From an uncultured Verrucomicrobiae bacterium (GTDB lineage Bacteria; Verrucomicrobiota; Verrucomicrobiia; Limisphaerales; Palsa-1400), in assembly GCA_963702845.1 (NCBI GenBank), contig OY969763.1, positions 2,560,001 to 2,624,000 of the forward strand: a DNA stretch of 64,000 nucleotides. The letters run 5' to 3'. Under the pieces are notes generated by a model. It was not told where the DNA came from, made no database searches, and worked only from the letters and a program-made list of their open reading frames with translations. Position 1 is the stretch's first letter, and each line of letters opens with the position of its first letter. Both the position numbers and the translations under genes were made by a program. This document shows positions 20,911-31,974 of this stretch, piece by piece.

Positions 20911-21837
20911 TTAGCGCAAGCGCTCGGGAACATTCGGAAAGGTCGCATCAACTGACATCCCGGGCCGCAGCTCAGCAACTGGCTCCAGGCGGATTTTTAT
21001 CCCGAAGGTTTGCTTTATCCGCTCCTCAACCGTCTGCACATTGCGCGGCGTAAACTCTGCCACGCGCGCGATTTGTTCTACAGTTCCGTTAAACGTCTTA
21101 TTGGGAAACGAATCGACCGTCACCTTTACGGCTTCACCGACTTTAATGTAGCCGAGCCATGTTTCCGGAACGTACACACGCACCCATACATCATTGGCCA
21201 AAACAAGCGTCGCCACCTCACGATTGGGACCCAGGACATCTCCAACCTTCACGCTCAACACCTCCAAAATCGTGTTCGTCGGCGAATAAATGCGCATTTC
21301 ACGCACTTGCGTTTGCAACTCCGCCACATCCGCTTTCGCCTGCGCAATGACTTCCGCTCGCGTCCCGGCTTCGAGCAATTCCAATCTGCTTTTCGCCGCT
21401 GCCGCAGTCTTCTCCAATGAATTCACGCGATTAGCGGCGCGGTCATATTCTTCCGGCGAAATCGTGTGTTGCGCAATCAACTCAGCACTGCGCTTCTCCT
21501 CTTTGCCCGCCAGGTCCAACTCCGTCGTTTGCGCTTCCCATTCGCTCTTGGCCGTTGCGATTTCCTGGGGGCGCGGTCCGGCAATCAACTCCTGAAGTCG
21601 CGCATTGGCCCGATCCAACCGCGCCTGCAACTCGTTAGCTTCGAGTTGAACAATCAATTCCCCGGTCTTGAGGGAATCACCTTCGCCCGCGAAGATTTTT
21701 TCCACGCGACCGCCATACCGCGATGCAACGTGAACTTCATCCGTCTCGATCGTCCCTGAAACCGATTCGGTGCGATGAGGAGCGCATGAAACAAGGCAAA
21801 GCGCCGCGCTCAAACAAAGGATTGTTCTGCACACCAT
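20911..21837 (-). CDS. HlyD-family membrane fusion protein
   Basis: Lipoprotein-like start MVCRTILCLSAALCLVSC, SGTIE, AEFTPRNVQTVEER, LRPGM. ATG at 21837 avoids overlap with the upstream gene. Confidence 0.9.
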   Translation of the reverse strand: MVCRTILCLSAALCLVSCAPHRTESVSGTIETDEVHVASRYGGRVEKIFAGEGDSLKTGELIVQLEANELQARLDRANARLQELIAGPRPQEIATAKSEWEAQTTELDLAGKEEKRSAELIAQHTISPEEYDRAANRVNSLEKTAAAAKSRLELLEAGTRAEVIAQAKADVAELQTQVREMRIYSPTNTILEVLSVKVGDVLGPNREVATLVLANDVWVRVYVPETWLGYIKVGEAVKVTVDSFPNKTFNGTVEQIARVAEFTPRNVQTVEERIKQTFGIKIRLEPVAELRPGMSVDATFPNVPERLR

Positions 21838-21895
21838 CCCTACGTCATGCCACGGATTGAGGAAAAATACAGGACGTTTTGTGCTGCAGTCCAAT

Positions 21896-22276
21896 CTACT
21901 TGGAATCGTTATTGGATCGGCGGAGCCCTTCCACCACACCCTCGGTCGCGGCTCGTGAAATGGTTTTAACAGCGTCTTGCGTGTTTTCAGCCATGTAATT
22001 AATGGCGTCTTTAGCAACTGGCGCTTCTTCAGCCATAAAGTAGCGAGTCACCGCGCCGAGGAATCCGAACTGGCACATGACACCTCCGACAAACAGAATC
22101 GGCATGCCAACGAAGCAGCACCAAAAATATTTCGGCGCTCCACCGCCACTGAACGCACTGAAGAAACTGATCATGCCCGTCGCCATCAGGATCACACCAA
22201 TGCCCACCAACACAACTCCACCAGCGCGAAGAAAACTGCGCGCCTTGTTATGATTAGGCGATTCAATTGGGTTCAT
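21896..22276 (-). CDS. Small two-TM membrane protein
   Basis: Two hydrophobic helices, with 'YFWCCFVGMP' and 'GAVTRYFMAEEAPVAKDAINY'. Confidence 0.75.
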   Translation of the reverse strand: MNPIESPNHNKARSFLRAGGVVLVGIGVILMATGMISFFSAFSGGGAPKYFWCCFVGMPILFVGGVMCQFGFLGAVTRYFMAEEAPVAKDAINYMAENTQDAVKTISRAATEGVVEGLRRSNNDSK

Positions 22277-22319
22277 GCGGGAAAGCTAATCTTGTACATT
22301 AAAAAGGAAAAGCAGGATT

Positions 22320-23033
22320 CTAGCTGAGCGACTTTAGCAAATTGCCCGGAAGGTCAGGATCGCCAATCGAAAAGATCCGCTCCGACAAATCGTTCAAAGC
22401 CATGCGCGTGCTTTCAAAACGCGCGGAAAGCGTTTCGAAAATCGGCGCGAGATCATATTTTTGAGCTAACCGATGACTGCTCGCTGCGTGATAATTCGCC
22501 CGGCCCATGTCTTCATAATAGCGCAAGCTCGGAAACCCGCGCCTCTCACATCGTTCGCGAATCCGATCCGGAAAAACGCCGGACATAAAAAGCGATTGAT
22601 TGCCGATGTGCGCGCGGATGCAAAAACTCGTGCGATCATCTGCCGTCTGCAACGCGGCAAGCATTTCGAAAAAGTAATCCAAAGGCTTGTCGCTCCCCGG
22701 CAGAATGCAGCGCCTGTTCTGCTGATGCGAAAACTCACTCAAGACTTCAGCGACATAATCGGCGACCTGCCGATCCTCAATCCCAGCTTCTTTCAAGACG
22801 TGCCGCACTAAAACGTAAAAATAAAAATGCGCCGACACTCGAAGGCATCGGCGCTGTTCCAGCAAAGCCCGGAACAAATCGTCATCATCTAAAATTAGAT
22901 CTCGTGCCTCCGGGTCGGTCAGGAGAGAAACCAGCGAAGGGGCGGCGCTTCCTTTGCTCGCGAGAACTGACGAGATAAAAGCTATATCTTCCGCCGTAAA
23001 TTGCACCCGGCAATTAGGCTGAATCACTTTCAT
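22320..23033 (-). CDS. Conserved hypothetical protein
   Basis: 237-aa ORF with 'VADYVAEVL', 'HIGNQSLFMSGVFP' and 'YYEDMGRANY'; looks like a soluble helical protein. Confidence 0.75.
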   Translation of the reverse strand: MKVIQPNCRVQFTAEDIAFISSVLASKGSAAPSLVSLLTDPEARDLILDDDDLFRALLEQRRCLRVSAHFYFYVLVRHVLKEAGIEDRQVADYVAEVLSEFSHQQNRRCILPGSDKPLDYFFEMLAALQTADDRTSFCIRAHIGNQSLFMSGVFPDRIRERCERRGFPSLRYYEDMGRANYHAASSHRLAQKYDLAPIFETLSARFESTRMALNDLSERIFSIGDPDLPGNLLKSLS

Positions 23034-23288
23034 AATACTGCAATCAGCAACTTCGATTCCAAGTTATTGGCTGGAAGAATATCATCCATAAGCGCGACTA
23101 AATTGGAAGGAAAAACTGTCCCGAACTCGTTTTTTTGACACTTACGCGGCCCTTCATACGAAACTACTTCTGCATTAAGTTACCCCGCTCAGCGCAGCGC
23201 TTCAACTGGAGCCCTGTATCCGTAAGAGCCCTTATATGCGACAGCTTGCAATTGCATCCACCTTCACCAACCGCCAAACTCCTATAAA

Positions 23289-24155
23289 ATGAACACCGAA
23301 CCCGCATTCATCCGCGCCCGCTCGCGACGGCAGGTGATGGACTGGGGTTTGGTCCTGACAAGCCAGGGTATTGAAGCTGCCATCGTGCGCGAAGAAGACT
23401 CCTGGGCTCTTGCCATTGACCCACGCGACTACGAGCGCGCCGTCAAAGTCGTCAATCAATACGTCGCCGAAAATCGCGGTTGGAAATGGCAGCACAGCCT
23501 GCCCGGCTCCGATTTGTTCTTTCATTGGGGCAGTTTACTTTGGGCGCTCGCCGTCGGCGCCATTTACTACTGGAGTATGGTCCTGTTCCCGCAAATGAAA
23601 ATGGCCGGAGCAATGGATAGCGAACTCGTCCGCGCCGGCCAATGGTGGCGACTCTTCACTGCCGTCACCCTGCATGCCGATATGAGCCACCTCATGGCCA
23701 ACATGACAACGGGAATTATCCTCCTCGGTTTCGCCATGGCCCGATTCGGTCCCGGCCCAGCCGTGCTCGCGACCTATCTCGCAGGCGTCCTCGGAAACGT
23801 CGCTGGTCTATACCTCTACCGGGCCGATCACCGCTCCCTCGGCGCCTCAGGCATGGTCATGGCGGCGTTGGGAATCCTAGCCGTGCAGTCATTTTCGTTG
23901 TGGCACAAGGACCGCAGCTTTCGCCAACTAATTGCCCGCGCATTTTTCGCCTCACTTCTGATTCTAATTCTGATTGGAACATCGCCCGAAAGCGACGTCA
24001 TCGCGCACTTCGGCGGATTCTTCGCCGGTGCAATTTTTGGTTACGCGCTGAGTTGGATTGATCCCCGTCGCCTGAAAGTATTCGGAGTCAACTTTGTCTG
24101 CGTATGCCTCACCATGGTGCTCGTCGCCATCACTTGGTGGAAAGCAAAGGGATAG
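23289..24155 (+). CDS. Rhomboid family intramembrane serine protease
   Basis: WWRLFTA..LH....HL..N, GASG and AHFGG catalytic motifs. Confidence 0.93.
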   Translation: MNTEPAFIRARSRRQVMDWGLVLTSQGIEAAIVREEDSWALAIDPRDYERAVKVVNQYVAENRGWKWQHSLPGSDLFFHWGSLLWALAVGAIYYWSMVLFPQMKMAGAMDSELVRAGQWWRLFTAVTLHADMSHLMANMTTGIILLGFAMARFGPGPAVLATYLAGVLGNVAGLYLYRADHRSLGASGMVMAALGILAVQSFSLWHKDRSFRQLIARAFFASLLILILIGTSPESDVIAHFGGFFAGAIFGYALSWIDPRRLKVFGVNFVCVCLTMVLVAITWWKAKG

Positions 24156-24197
24156 CATTGACGCCCCAGCCCAATCGCGATTCAATGCGATTTCGTC

Positions 24198-25496
24198 ATG
24201 ACGCCCCATTTTCACATCTCACGCCGACGCTTCCTCAAAACAACCGCCATCGTCTCGGCCAGTCTTGGCTTACCCGGATGGTTTGTTGAAGAAGCTGCTG
24301 CGGCACGACGGCACACGAAAAAACTCGGGCCTAACGAACGACCGAACATCGCCTTAATCGGCTGCGGCACCCGCGGCAAAGTCATCGGCAAGGAATCATC
24401 TCATCACGGCGATATAGTGACGATTTGCGATGTGGACGATTCACATCTCGCCGCCGCACAGAAGCAATATCCGAACGCAACCCCCTGCAAAGATTTCCGC
24501 AAAATTCTCGAGCGCGACGACATTCACGTCATCGTCAACGCCACACCCGACCACTGGCACACCCTCATCAATATTGCCGCCATCAATGCCGGCAAAGATA
24601 TCTATAGCGAAAAACCTCTGACCCTCACCATTGACGAAGGCCGTCACCTCGTAAACGCCGTCGACAAAACCAAACGCATTCTCCAAACCGGCAGCCAGCA
24701 GCGCAGCGATAAACGTTTCCGGCTCGCCTGCGAGCTTGTTCGCAACGGTCGAATCGGAAAACTCACACACATCATCACCAGCATTCCCACCGGCCCGCAT
24801 GAAGGACCATTTGCCACCGCCCCTGTTCCCGTCGGCCTCGATTGGGACATGTGGCAAGGCCAGACAAAAGCGATCGAATACGTCCCCGAGCGCTGCCACC
24901 GTTCATTCCGGTACTGGTTTGAATATTCCGGCGGCATGATGACCGATTGGGGCGCGCACCATAACGACATCGCGCAATGGGCAAACGGCACCGAACGCAC
25001 CGGCCCGATCGAAATCGAAGGCAAATCCCTCCTCGAAATGATTCCTGGCGGTTACACGACCCCGTCACAATTCCGCGTTAAATACACCTACGCAAATGGC
25101 GTGAAACTCACCTGTAAAAACGCCGTACCGGACAACAGCACGAATGGGGTCACCTTCGAAGGCACCAACGGTTGGATCTTCGTTTCACGCAGAGAAATCA
25201 GGGCAAGCGACCCCGAATTCTTGACCCAACCGCTTCCCGCCAACGCCGTTCGCCTCTATCACAGCGAAAATCACATGCAGAACTTCTTCGACTGTATCCG
25301 CTCGCGCAAACAACCGATCTGCGAAGCGGAAATCGGCCATCGTTCCGTATCTGTCTGCCACCTTGGCGTCCTCTCCATGCGCCTTGGCCGCAAACTAAAG
25401 TGGGACCCGAAACACGAAAAGTTCATCGACGACAAAGACGCCAACAAATGGCTCTCACGCGAAATGCGCAAACCATTCGATTATAGTCTCACCTAG
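24198..25496 (+). CDS. Gfo/Idh/MocA oxidoreductase with Tat signal
   Basis: SRRRFLK, IGCGTRG, ATPDHWH, EKPL, DWGAHHND. Confidence 0.93.
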   Translation: MTPHFHISRRRFLKTTAIVSASLGLPGWFVEEAAAARRHTKKLGPNERPNIALIGCGTRGKVIGKESSHHGDIVTICDVDDSHLAAAQKQYPNATPCKDFRKILERDDIHVIVNATPDHWHTLINIAAINAGKDIYSEKPLTLTIDEGRHLVNAVDKTKRILQTGSQQRSDKRFRLACELVRNGRIGKLTHIITSIPTGPHEGPFATAPVPVGLDWDMWQGQTKAIEYVPERCHRSFRYWFEYSGGMMTDWGAHHNDIAQWANGTERTGPIEIEGKSLLEMIPGGYTTPSQFRVKYTYANGVKLTCKNAVPDNSTNGVTFEGTNGWIFVSRREIRASDPEFLTQPLPANAVRLYHSENHMQNFFDCIRSRKQPICEAEIGHRSVSVCHLGVLSMRLGRKLKWDPKHEKFIDDKDANKWLSREMRKPFDYSLT

Positions 25497-25499
25497 TCC

Positions 25500-25521
25500 G
25501 TAGCCGCCAACGTGAGGAGGT
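25500..25521 (+). repeat. GTAG-type REP-like element (family A)
   Basis: GTAGCCGCCAACGTGAGGAGG, similar to the copies at 34748-34769 and 36507-36528; lies between convergent genes. Confidence 0.6.
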
Positions 25522-25545
25522 GGAACTTTCTCACGACAAACGAGA

Positions 25546-26627
25546 CTAAGCAGCCTCTGCCTTGATCGGCAGCCGGACCGTAAAGGTCGTCATTGGCTCG
25601 GGCAACGAATGCACCGCAATGGTCCCCCCATGCGCGTGAACAATCCACTGCGCGATACTCAATCCAAGACCGCACCCATCTAAGAACTGTTGTGACTCGC
25701 ATCGCCGCGAAAAAAACGATCGAAGACCCGCTGTTGTAATATCCGGCGCAATCCCCAGCCCGGTATTCGCGATTTCAAACTCTACCGCGCCGTCCAACAC
25801 TTGCGCAGTTGCATATTCACCACGCCGACGCCGTTTCCGACATTATACTTCACCGCATTGTCCGAAAGGTTCAACAACAACTGCCGTAACCGGTGCCGGT
25901 CCCCCATCAAACTCACCTGCTCCACTTTCCCAAGACAAACCTGCACATCGCGCGCTTGGGCAAAATTTTCGCGTCCTCAAAACAATCCCGCACCAACTCA
26001 TCCAATTGCACCAGCTCTCAAAATCCAGCGTAATCTGACCTGCGTCCGCCTTCGTCAGAAGCGTCAAACCATCGACAATTTTCGTCAGTCGCAATACCTC
26101 ATCCAATTCACTTAAAAGCCGTTCGCGCTGTTCATCGCCGACCTTCGTTTGCAACATCGCCGTCTCCAACTCACCGCTCATCACCGTAAGGGGAGTTTTC
26201 AACTCATGCGAAGCGTGCAAAGTAAATTCTCGAATCTGTTGAAACGAATTCTCCAAGACGAGCCAATCATCGAGTTGAAAACTTCCGTCAACCGATCAAG
26301 TTCATCGCCATTTCCCGTGCGAGTCAACCGACTGATGCAGATTGCGCTCATCAATTTTCGCCGCCGCAGTTGTGATTTCTGTGACAGGCTCCAATGACTT
26401 CTTCATCATGAACCATCCGCCAGCAATTCCCACCAATGCCGCCGGCAAACCGCACCATGCAATAATCGCCACAACATCTTCCCAACCTTCAGCATCGTTA
26501 TCGGCTTCGCCGTCGACGCCCGCGCCTTTTCAATCACCAGTTCGTGATACGAAAGCGCGCCGATCAGCAAAAGCGAAACAAAAAGAATCGCCGAATACCA
26601 AACAGTGAGTTTTGTGCGGATCGTCAT
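25546..26627 (-). CDS. Sensor histidine kinase, with multiple frameshifts in this sequence
   Basis: Fragments: TM 'TIRTKLTVWYSAILF', H-box 'HASHELKTPLT', G2 box 'GCGLGLSIAQWIVHAHGG'. Confidence 0.8.
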
Positions 26628-26634
26628 GGGACAC

Positions 26635-27300
26635 TCACTCCTTAATCACATAACCAACCCCGCGAACGGTATGCAGCAATTTGATTTCAAACCCATCATC
26701 CACTTTTCTCGCAACCGCTTAACGTAAACATCCACCAGGTTCGTCCCTGGATCGAAATTGTAGTCCCAAACTTTTTCGAGGATCGCCATGCGTCCGCAAA
26801 TCCGCCAGGCGTGCGCATTAAAAATTCAACAATCGATATTCCCGCGCCGTTAATTCGATTTTTCGCTCACCGCGCCGCGCCAGATGCGTGACTGTATCGA
26901 ACACCAGATCACGAACACGCAACTGCAACGTCACCGGTTCATTCGCGCGACGCCCCAGCGCACGAACCCGCGCAATCAATTCCGCAAGAGCAAACGGTTT
27001 TGGAAGGTAATCATCCGCCCCGGCATTCAACCCATCCACCCGCTCGTTCACCTGTCCTCGGGCTGACAGCAGGAGAACGGGCGTCAAATTTTTCTGTTCG
27101 CGAAGTTGCCGGAGCACGCTTAATCCATCGCGCCCCGGCAACATAATATCCATCACGATAGCATCAAACGGCGTTGAGTTCGCCATCACCAGCGCTTCAT
27201 TGCCGTCGCCGGTGACATCCACCGCAAAGCTCTCCGCTTGGAGCGCTTTGCGGATAAACGACGCCGTTTTCCGCTCATCTTCAACGACCAAAACGCGCAT
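26635..27300 (-). CDS. OmpR-family response regulator, frameshifted near 26820 and 26700
   Basis: MRVLVVEDE, DIMLPG, GADDYLPKPF, LTAREY; other frames give NLVDVYVKRLR and TVRGVGYVIKE-stop. Confidence 0.88.
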
Positions 27301-27342
27301 AAGCGGATTTTAATGACGGAATCAGACGAATAGAAAGCAGGA

Positions 27343-27710
27343 TTACTTCTTTTCATCCTTCTCGTCATCGTCTTCCTTATCTTTCTTATTCTTCTTACCT
27401 TCGTGCTTGGCCTCGTTGGCCTCATCCTTAGGCGTTTCGATTTCCTTGCGACACTTCGCCGGTATTCGCGTCAACATGCACTTCAGTAATATTCGCAGTT
27501 CCAGCCGTAGCGACATCGAAGGACCAAATCAAACGTCCATGTTCCTTCTCAAGCTCGCCTTCCTTCACCGTTCCGCCAGGAACCTGGGCTCACGCGGCAG
27601 CGAGTCGCTTCTTCTTTGCTGATCTTAGCGTGATAATGATGATGAGTCTCGCAGCCAGTGCCGATCAAGGCCGCCGCCGCCAACGTGCAAAATGCGATTT
27701 TCAAGTTCAT
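27343..27710 (-). CDS. PepSY-like lipoprotein with acidic tail, frameshifted
   Basis: Lipobox (LIGTGC) and KISKEEA; other frames give PGGTVKEGELEKEHGRLIWSFDVA and EVHVDANTG, then a D/E/K-rich tail. Confidence 0.65.
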
Positions 27711-27794
27711 AGTTTTTTGTATAACTGACACCTAACAGTAAACCGAATTTGCATTTAACGCGCATGAATCGACTATGACAAATCGTCATGCCTA

Positions 27795-29539
27795 TCAGAG
27801 CGAACCCGCAACGACTTTCCCGCCCACCATCGTCATCAACACCTTCGTCGCTCGCACATCATCAACCGGGCAATGCAGAACATCGCGATCAACCATAATC
27901 AAATCTGCATACTTACCCGCCTCAAGCGAACCTTTCTTATCTCCTCGAAATTCAGGTAGCAGTTATTAATCGTATAAAACCGAATCACTTCCTCGCGCGA
28001 TCAGACATTGCTCCGGTTTATCAACACTCCCTCGCTCCGTCTTACGCGTCAGTGCAACCCACATCCCCAGCCACGGATTCCACGGATTGGTGCTCTTAAT
28101 CGAATCGAATTGCACCATGTGATCGCTCCCACCGCCAACCACGATGTGGTGTTTGAACCAGCTCTTCAGCGGGAAAAAATCCTCCATGCGCCGTTCGCCC
28201 AAAACCTTCTTCAACGCGTCACCATCTTTATAAAGCCACGCCGGTTGCACGTCAGCAACCACGCCCAACTTGGCGCATCGGCTGAGGTTCTTCTCATCCG
28301 CAAAATTCGCGTGCGTGACGAGAAACCGCCGCTTCGTGATATCCATCTGCTTGTCGATGTTCTCATAACAATCCAGCAACACATCCATCGCCGCATCACC
28401 AACGCAATGCGCCGTAACCTGCCAACCGCGCCGCGCCACTTCCGCGTAAAACGGATTGAGCAACTCCGGTTTCACAAACAACTGCCCGCGATACTTCGGA
28501 TCAGTGATTTGGTAAATATCCGTCACACCCCATGGCTCGCGCATATACGCCGTGCCGATCAACATCCCGCCATCGAGAAAAATCTTAAACGGCCCGATGC
28601 GCACCCAATCATCACCCAGACCGGTCGGCCCATAAACGCCGTTCGTCGTCTTCGTAAACTCATCCAGTTTCTTGATCGCTTCATCTAAAGTCTTCGGCAA
28701 CGGATCCATCAACCGCGTGCAATTCACCCGCACCGTCAACTCACCCGTCTTTTCCAAATCGCGAAACAAATCGATCGCCGCCGTTTCCGTCCGTCGTTCG
28801 CCGATGCTCGTTATCCCCTGCTCATTGTAGAGATGATGCAAATGTTTGACTGCGTCACGTTGCTCGCTGGCAGTCGGCTGACGAGTCGCCTGAGGATTTT
28901 TCAAAAGCGACGCCGCATTACGCAACACCCCGGTCGGCTCGCCCGTCTTCGCATCCTTCACAATTTCACCGGGTGTCGGATTGGGCGTATCGCGAGTAAT
29001 GTTCGAAACCTCGAGCGCCTTCGAATTCACCACCGCCACCGGTCCCGAATTCCACAGCACCGGATTATTCGATGCCGCCTCATCCAGCTCCGCTTTCGTC
29101 GGCAACCGCATCTCCTTCATCCGCGTCGCATACACGCGCTCCAAGACAATCCAACTCCCCGCCGGCTTTTTCGTTGCCTGGGCACGAATCCACTGTTGCG
29201 CTTCCGCAATTGACTTGATGTAAGGCGCGCCGCCATCCAGCGTGCTCACCGAAGCCTTATACGAATGAACATGGCTATCATACAAGCCCAGGCATCACCG
29301 TCTTGCCGATGCGCATCAACAACGCGCGTTCCCGTCCCTTGGAAATTGGCAATATGTTGATCGTCATCCACCGCGAGAATCTTGTCGCCCTTGATCGCGA
29401 TCGCCTGCGCGACCGAATACTTCTGATCAACCGTAATCACCCGCGCATCTCGAATAATCAAATCAGCAACCTCCGGGGCGGCGTGCGACGGATGGAATAA
29501 CCAGGCAAACAAATAAGAGAACACGAAACAGCATTTCAT
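27795..29539 (-). CDS. Amidohydrolase 3 (YtcJ-like), frameshifted near 29300 and 27990
   Basis: ADLIIRDARVITVD, YDSHVH, KIFLDGG, AHCVGD, THAN, GSDH, and GSLEAGKYADLI in the terminal frame. Confidence 0.88.
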
Positions 29540-29589
29540 GGCACAATCATTGTGCGCAGCAAAAAATCGCTGTGTCAGTAGTTTTTCAA

Positions 29590-30157
29590 CTACGCAAACA
29601 CCAACCCACGCGCCGCGGCGTCCAACTCCTTCCACTGTTCCGCGCGCCAAATCGCCCAACTCAAAGTCGCCCAATTTGCACTCGCATCAGCCGCAATGTC
29701 GGATGCCCGACCGCCGCCGTCATCCTCCGCACCTGCCGGTTTTTCCCTTCCACCAACTCCAATCCAATCCATCGATCCGGCACGCTCTTGCGAAACCGAA
29801 TCGGTGGCTCACGCGGCGGGACATTCGGTTGTGGTTCAACCATCCACGCCCGGCACGGCAATGTCTTGCGACCTTGCACCACCACTCCGCGCGCCAGTTT
29901 CTCCAAAGCGCTTCAGCAGTAGGAATCCCTTCCACTTGGGCCCAATAAATACGCGCATGGGCGCGCTCCGGATCAACAATCGCGTGTTCAACCCCGCTTC
30001 ATCACTCAACAAAAGCAGCCCTTCCGAATCTGCATCCAGCCGCCCGATAGCGATAAACATGCGGTGGAAAACGAAACTCGGCCAATGTTCGATTGGCCGA
30101 GCCGTCTGAAGTAAATTGCGATAAAACGCCGTATGGTTTGTTGAACGCGATGAGCAC
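29590..30157 (-). CDS. Pseudouridine synthase (RsuA/RluE family), several frameshifts
   Basis: VLIAFNKPYGVLSQFT, IGRLDADSEGLLLL, EGKNRQVRRMTAAVGHPTLRLMRV. Confidence 0.88.
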
Positions 30158-30189
30158 GATTCCGATTTTCAACTTACGATGTACGTTCA

Positions 30190-30220
30190 GTCGTAATCGT
30201 AAATCTTAAATCGTAAATTC
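30190..30220. repeat. Degenerate heptamer tandem repeat (ATCGTAA)
   Basis: gtcgtaatcgtaaatcttaaatcgtaaattc in an intergenic gap. Confidence 0.5.
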
Positions 30221-31014
30221 TCAACGCCATCTCAACTGCACGCCGCCGCCGACGCGATAACGGGAGATTCATCCGTAATGCCCGCACCCACAGTGAAATT
30301 CAAATTGATCCACATGGCCAAAGGCTGCTGCGCGCCGAGTTCAATGATATTCTCAGTAATATTTTGTTGGCGAATTTTTTGGCGAACAAAATCGGCGCCT
30401 ATGATGCCGTCCCCGAACATTTTCTGGCTGTAACCAAAGCGCAGGACATAGAAGTTCTCCCGCTCGTCCGGAAAAGGATCGGAGTTATGGATCCAGCCCA
30501 CGTTCGCATGCACGCGACCACATTCCTCCGAAAACACAGTTTTCGTAACATAATAGTAGAATATCGGATCAACGCCACGGCTGTGCGTGCCCGTCGGAAA
30601 TTCCAAATCAGCCGAAACACCCATCGCCAAGCGGCCATCAGTCTCAGTCATGAAATTGTAAAACGCGCCGAGGATAATATCACCGCTCGTGCTGGTCGGA
30701 CCCGACCCGGTATAAACCGGAACCTCCAATCGTAAATGCGCATACGGCGCAAAGCCCCATTGCACTTCCGGCATCATCGTAAACAAGTCGCCACGCTGCT
30801 CTTCAGTCCCCACACGCCGATCGAATATGAAAGGCGTCTGCAGGCGCACTTCGCCGGTCGGCACCGCAAACGCGTCCTGCGTCTGGAGCGGATAACCCTG
30901 CTTTAAATCATAGCCGGTTTGGGGCGGCTCATTGCGGTCAAAAAACGCGGCGTCCGCGGTCAAACACATCGAAAGCACCGCACCCGTCACAGCAACACTC
31001 AGTAATTTGTTCAT
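30221..31014 (-). CDS. Putative outer-membrane beta-barrel (MetA-pathway-like) protein; one base missing near 30263
   Basis: Signal peptide; GDIILG and EFPTG; alternating beta-strands. Adding one C in a C-run restores the end ...RYRVGGGVQLRWR-stop. Confidence 0.65.
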
Positions 31015-31183
31015 AGTATTTGCAATAGCTATTTATTTGACGTGTTAGACTGCAACCGATGCAGTCAATCAGGCAATCAGGTGAGGTATGAACGCGCAGT
31101 AAGGGATTGGCTGACTCCGACAAATCCATTTGAATAATGCTGGTATTTCTCGCCCGATTTTCTACCCTTCGCGCCCCTTGTTT

Positions 31184-31966
31184 ATGAGTATCCAAACAAC
31201 CACCCCAATCCAAAGCCCAATCGCAAACCCGGCCAAATCGCCGGACGCCGCACGCTACTTTTACAGCTGTGCGGCTCTGCTGATGTTCATCCTCATGCTC
31301 ATCGGCTTCCAGCAGTTCTACCTGCACGGCAAAGCCTTCCCCAACCGCCCACTCGCGCCACCGATCCGCGGTTTGCTCATGACCCACGGCATCGCCATGT
31401 CCCTTTGGATGGTCCTGTTCCTCGTGCAGCCGTTCCTCGTCGCCACCGGCAATCGCAAAATGCACATGACCCTTGGCAAAATCGGCGCTGTCCTTGCTGC
31501 CTGCATTATCGGTTTAGGCATGTTCACCGCCATCCAATCCGCCAAATTCACCCCGCCGGAAGCGCGCATCTGGGGATTGTCCGGCAAAAACTTCATGGCC
31601 GTGCCCGTGCTCGGAATCATTTCATTTGCCGCTTATGTCGCCATCGGCATTTTCACTCGCAAAAAACCGCAAATCCATCGCCCCATGATGTTCATGGCTG
31701 TCATGTCAACCATGTCCGCGCCCATCGCCCGTATCGATTATCTCAGCTCACTCTATCACGCGACCATTTGGGAAACTATGTTCGGCCCCTACTTCATGAC
31801 CCTCGTGATCGCCGGCGTCTTGTTCGTGATTAAATCAATTCTGACGCGCTCATTCGATCGCTACTTCGCCATCGGCTTTGTCACTCTCGTTGCGTCCAAC
31901 TGGTTCATCTGGGCCATCGCCCCAACGAACGCCTGGCTAAACATCGCGACCGCATTGACGAACTAA
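31184..31966 (+). CDS. Multi-pass membrane protein of unknown function
   Basis: About 7 TM helices with His residues (THG, MHMTLG, IHRPMM). Confidence 0.8.
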   Translation: MSIQTTTPIQSPIANPAKSPDAARYFYSCAALLMFILMLIGFQQFYLHGKAFPNRPLAPPIRGLLMTHGIAMSLWMVLFLVQPFLVATGNRKMHMTLGKIGAVLAACIIGLGMFTAIQSAKFTPPEARIWGLSGKNFMAVPVLGIISFAAYVAIGIFTRKKPQIHRPMMFMAVMSTMSAPIARIDYLSSLYHATIWETMFGPYFMTLVIAGVLFVIKSILTRSFDRYFAIGFVTLVASNWFIWAIAPTNAWLNIATALTN

Positions 31967-31974
31967 GAAGCGCA

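Noticed and set aside
21838..22017. Long N-terminus of the HlyD ORF
   Set aside because: It overlaps the upstream membrane-protein gene; the lipoprotein-type signal starts at 21837.
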